Assembly: GCF_036365525.1 (NCBI RefSeq)
Contig: NC_090379.1
Location: 61,315,202 to 61,379,201 of the forward strand
Source of the DNA: Heterodontus francisci
Lineage: Eukaryota
DNA: 64,000 nt
Reading direction: 5' to 3'
Positions 63,470 through 64,000 of this stretch are shown here, one piece after another. Each line of letters starts with the position of its first letter. Within the stretch, counting starts at the first letter, position 1. The notes under the pieces were generated by a model that had not been told where the DNA came from, made no database searches, and worked only from the letters and a program-made list of their open reading frames with translations. Both the position numbers and the translations under genes were made by a program.

Positions 63470-64000
63470 GAATGGTAGCATAGTGGTAATGTTACTGGAC
63501 TAGCAATCCAGAGGATTAATGCTACGGAGACACGAGTTCAAATCCCACCATGACAGCTGGTGGAATTTAAATTAATTTCATTGCACAATCTGGAATTAAA
63601 AGCTAATCTCGGGAATGAGACCATGAAACTTCCGGATTGACATAAAAACCCATCTAGTTCACTAATGTCCCTTAGGAAAGGAAATCTGCCTAGCAAGCCA
63701 CTCAGTTGTATCAAACTGCTACAGAAAAGTCGAAAGAGAATAAAACTGGATGGACCACCTGCGTTGACCTAGGCACTGGAAATGACAAAGGCACACCCTG
63801 TCCAGTCAACCCTGCAAAGTCCTCCTCACTAATATCTGGGGACTTGTGTCAAAATTGGGAGAGCCGTCCCATTGACTAGTCGAGCAACAACCTGACATCG
63901 TCATACTCACTGAATCATACTCCTCCATCACCATCCCTGGGTATGTTCTGTCCACCGGCAAGACAGATCCACTAGAGGTGGTGGCACGATGGTATAGAGT
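63470..64000 (+). mobile_element. 5' end of a LINE: tRNA-SINE head joined to APE N-terminus (runs off the window)
   Basis: A box TAGCATAGTGG 63476-86 and B box GAGTTCAAATCC 63534-45; then KVLLTNIWGL..KLGE...QPDIVILTESY..ITIPGY..RQDR..RGGG, matching the 5' end of 17967-20761. Confidence 0.8.

Noticed and set aside
1-64000. CRISPR arrays or prokaryotic operons
   Set aside because: The sequence is intron-rich vertebrate DNA, and no repeat-spacer arrays were seen.

Overview
This is vertebrate genomic DNA, most likely from a shark or other elasmobranch, judging by the HE1-like V-SINEs, Deu-type SINEs and dense CR1/L2/Penelope content. Three spliced host genes can be reconstructed in the order known from the human TOMM20L-TIMM9-KIAA0586 block. 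The first is a 5-exon TOM20-family gene (+, 5858-26112, 151 aa). The second is TIMM9 (-, 3 coding exons, 28819-26432, 89 aa), which lies tail-to-tail with it. The third is the 5' part of KIAA0586/TALPID3 (+, from ~38651), which shares a CpG-island promoter with TIMM9. Most of the rest is nested transposable elements. Notable observations: (1) a near full-length CR1 whose ORF2 has no AUG before the endonuclease and overlaps ORF1 in the -1 frame at a G_GGU_UUA_AAC slippery site, suggesting programmed -1 frameshifting; (2) a young RTE LINE flanked by a 265-bp direct duplication; (3) a LINE family that appears to carry a tRNA-SINE (Pol III) head fused directly to its endonuclease; (4) a core-intact minimal hammerhead ribozyme in a Penelope remnant; (5) probable overlapping 3' ends of two mitochondrial import genes. 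All homology calls are from memory and visual inspection, not database searches. TE boundaries are approximate unless TSDs are given.
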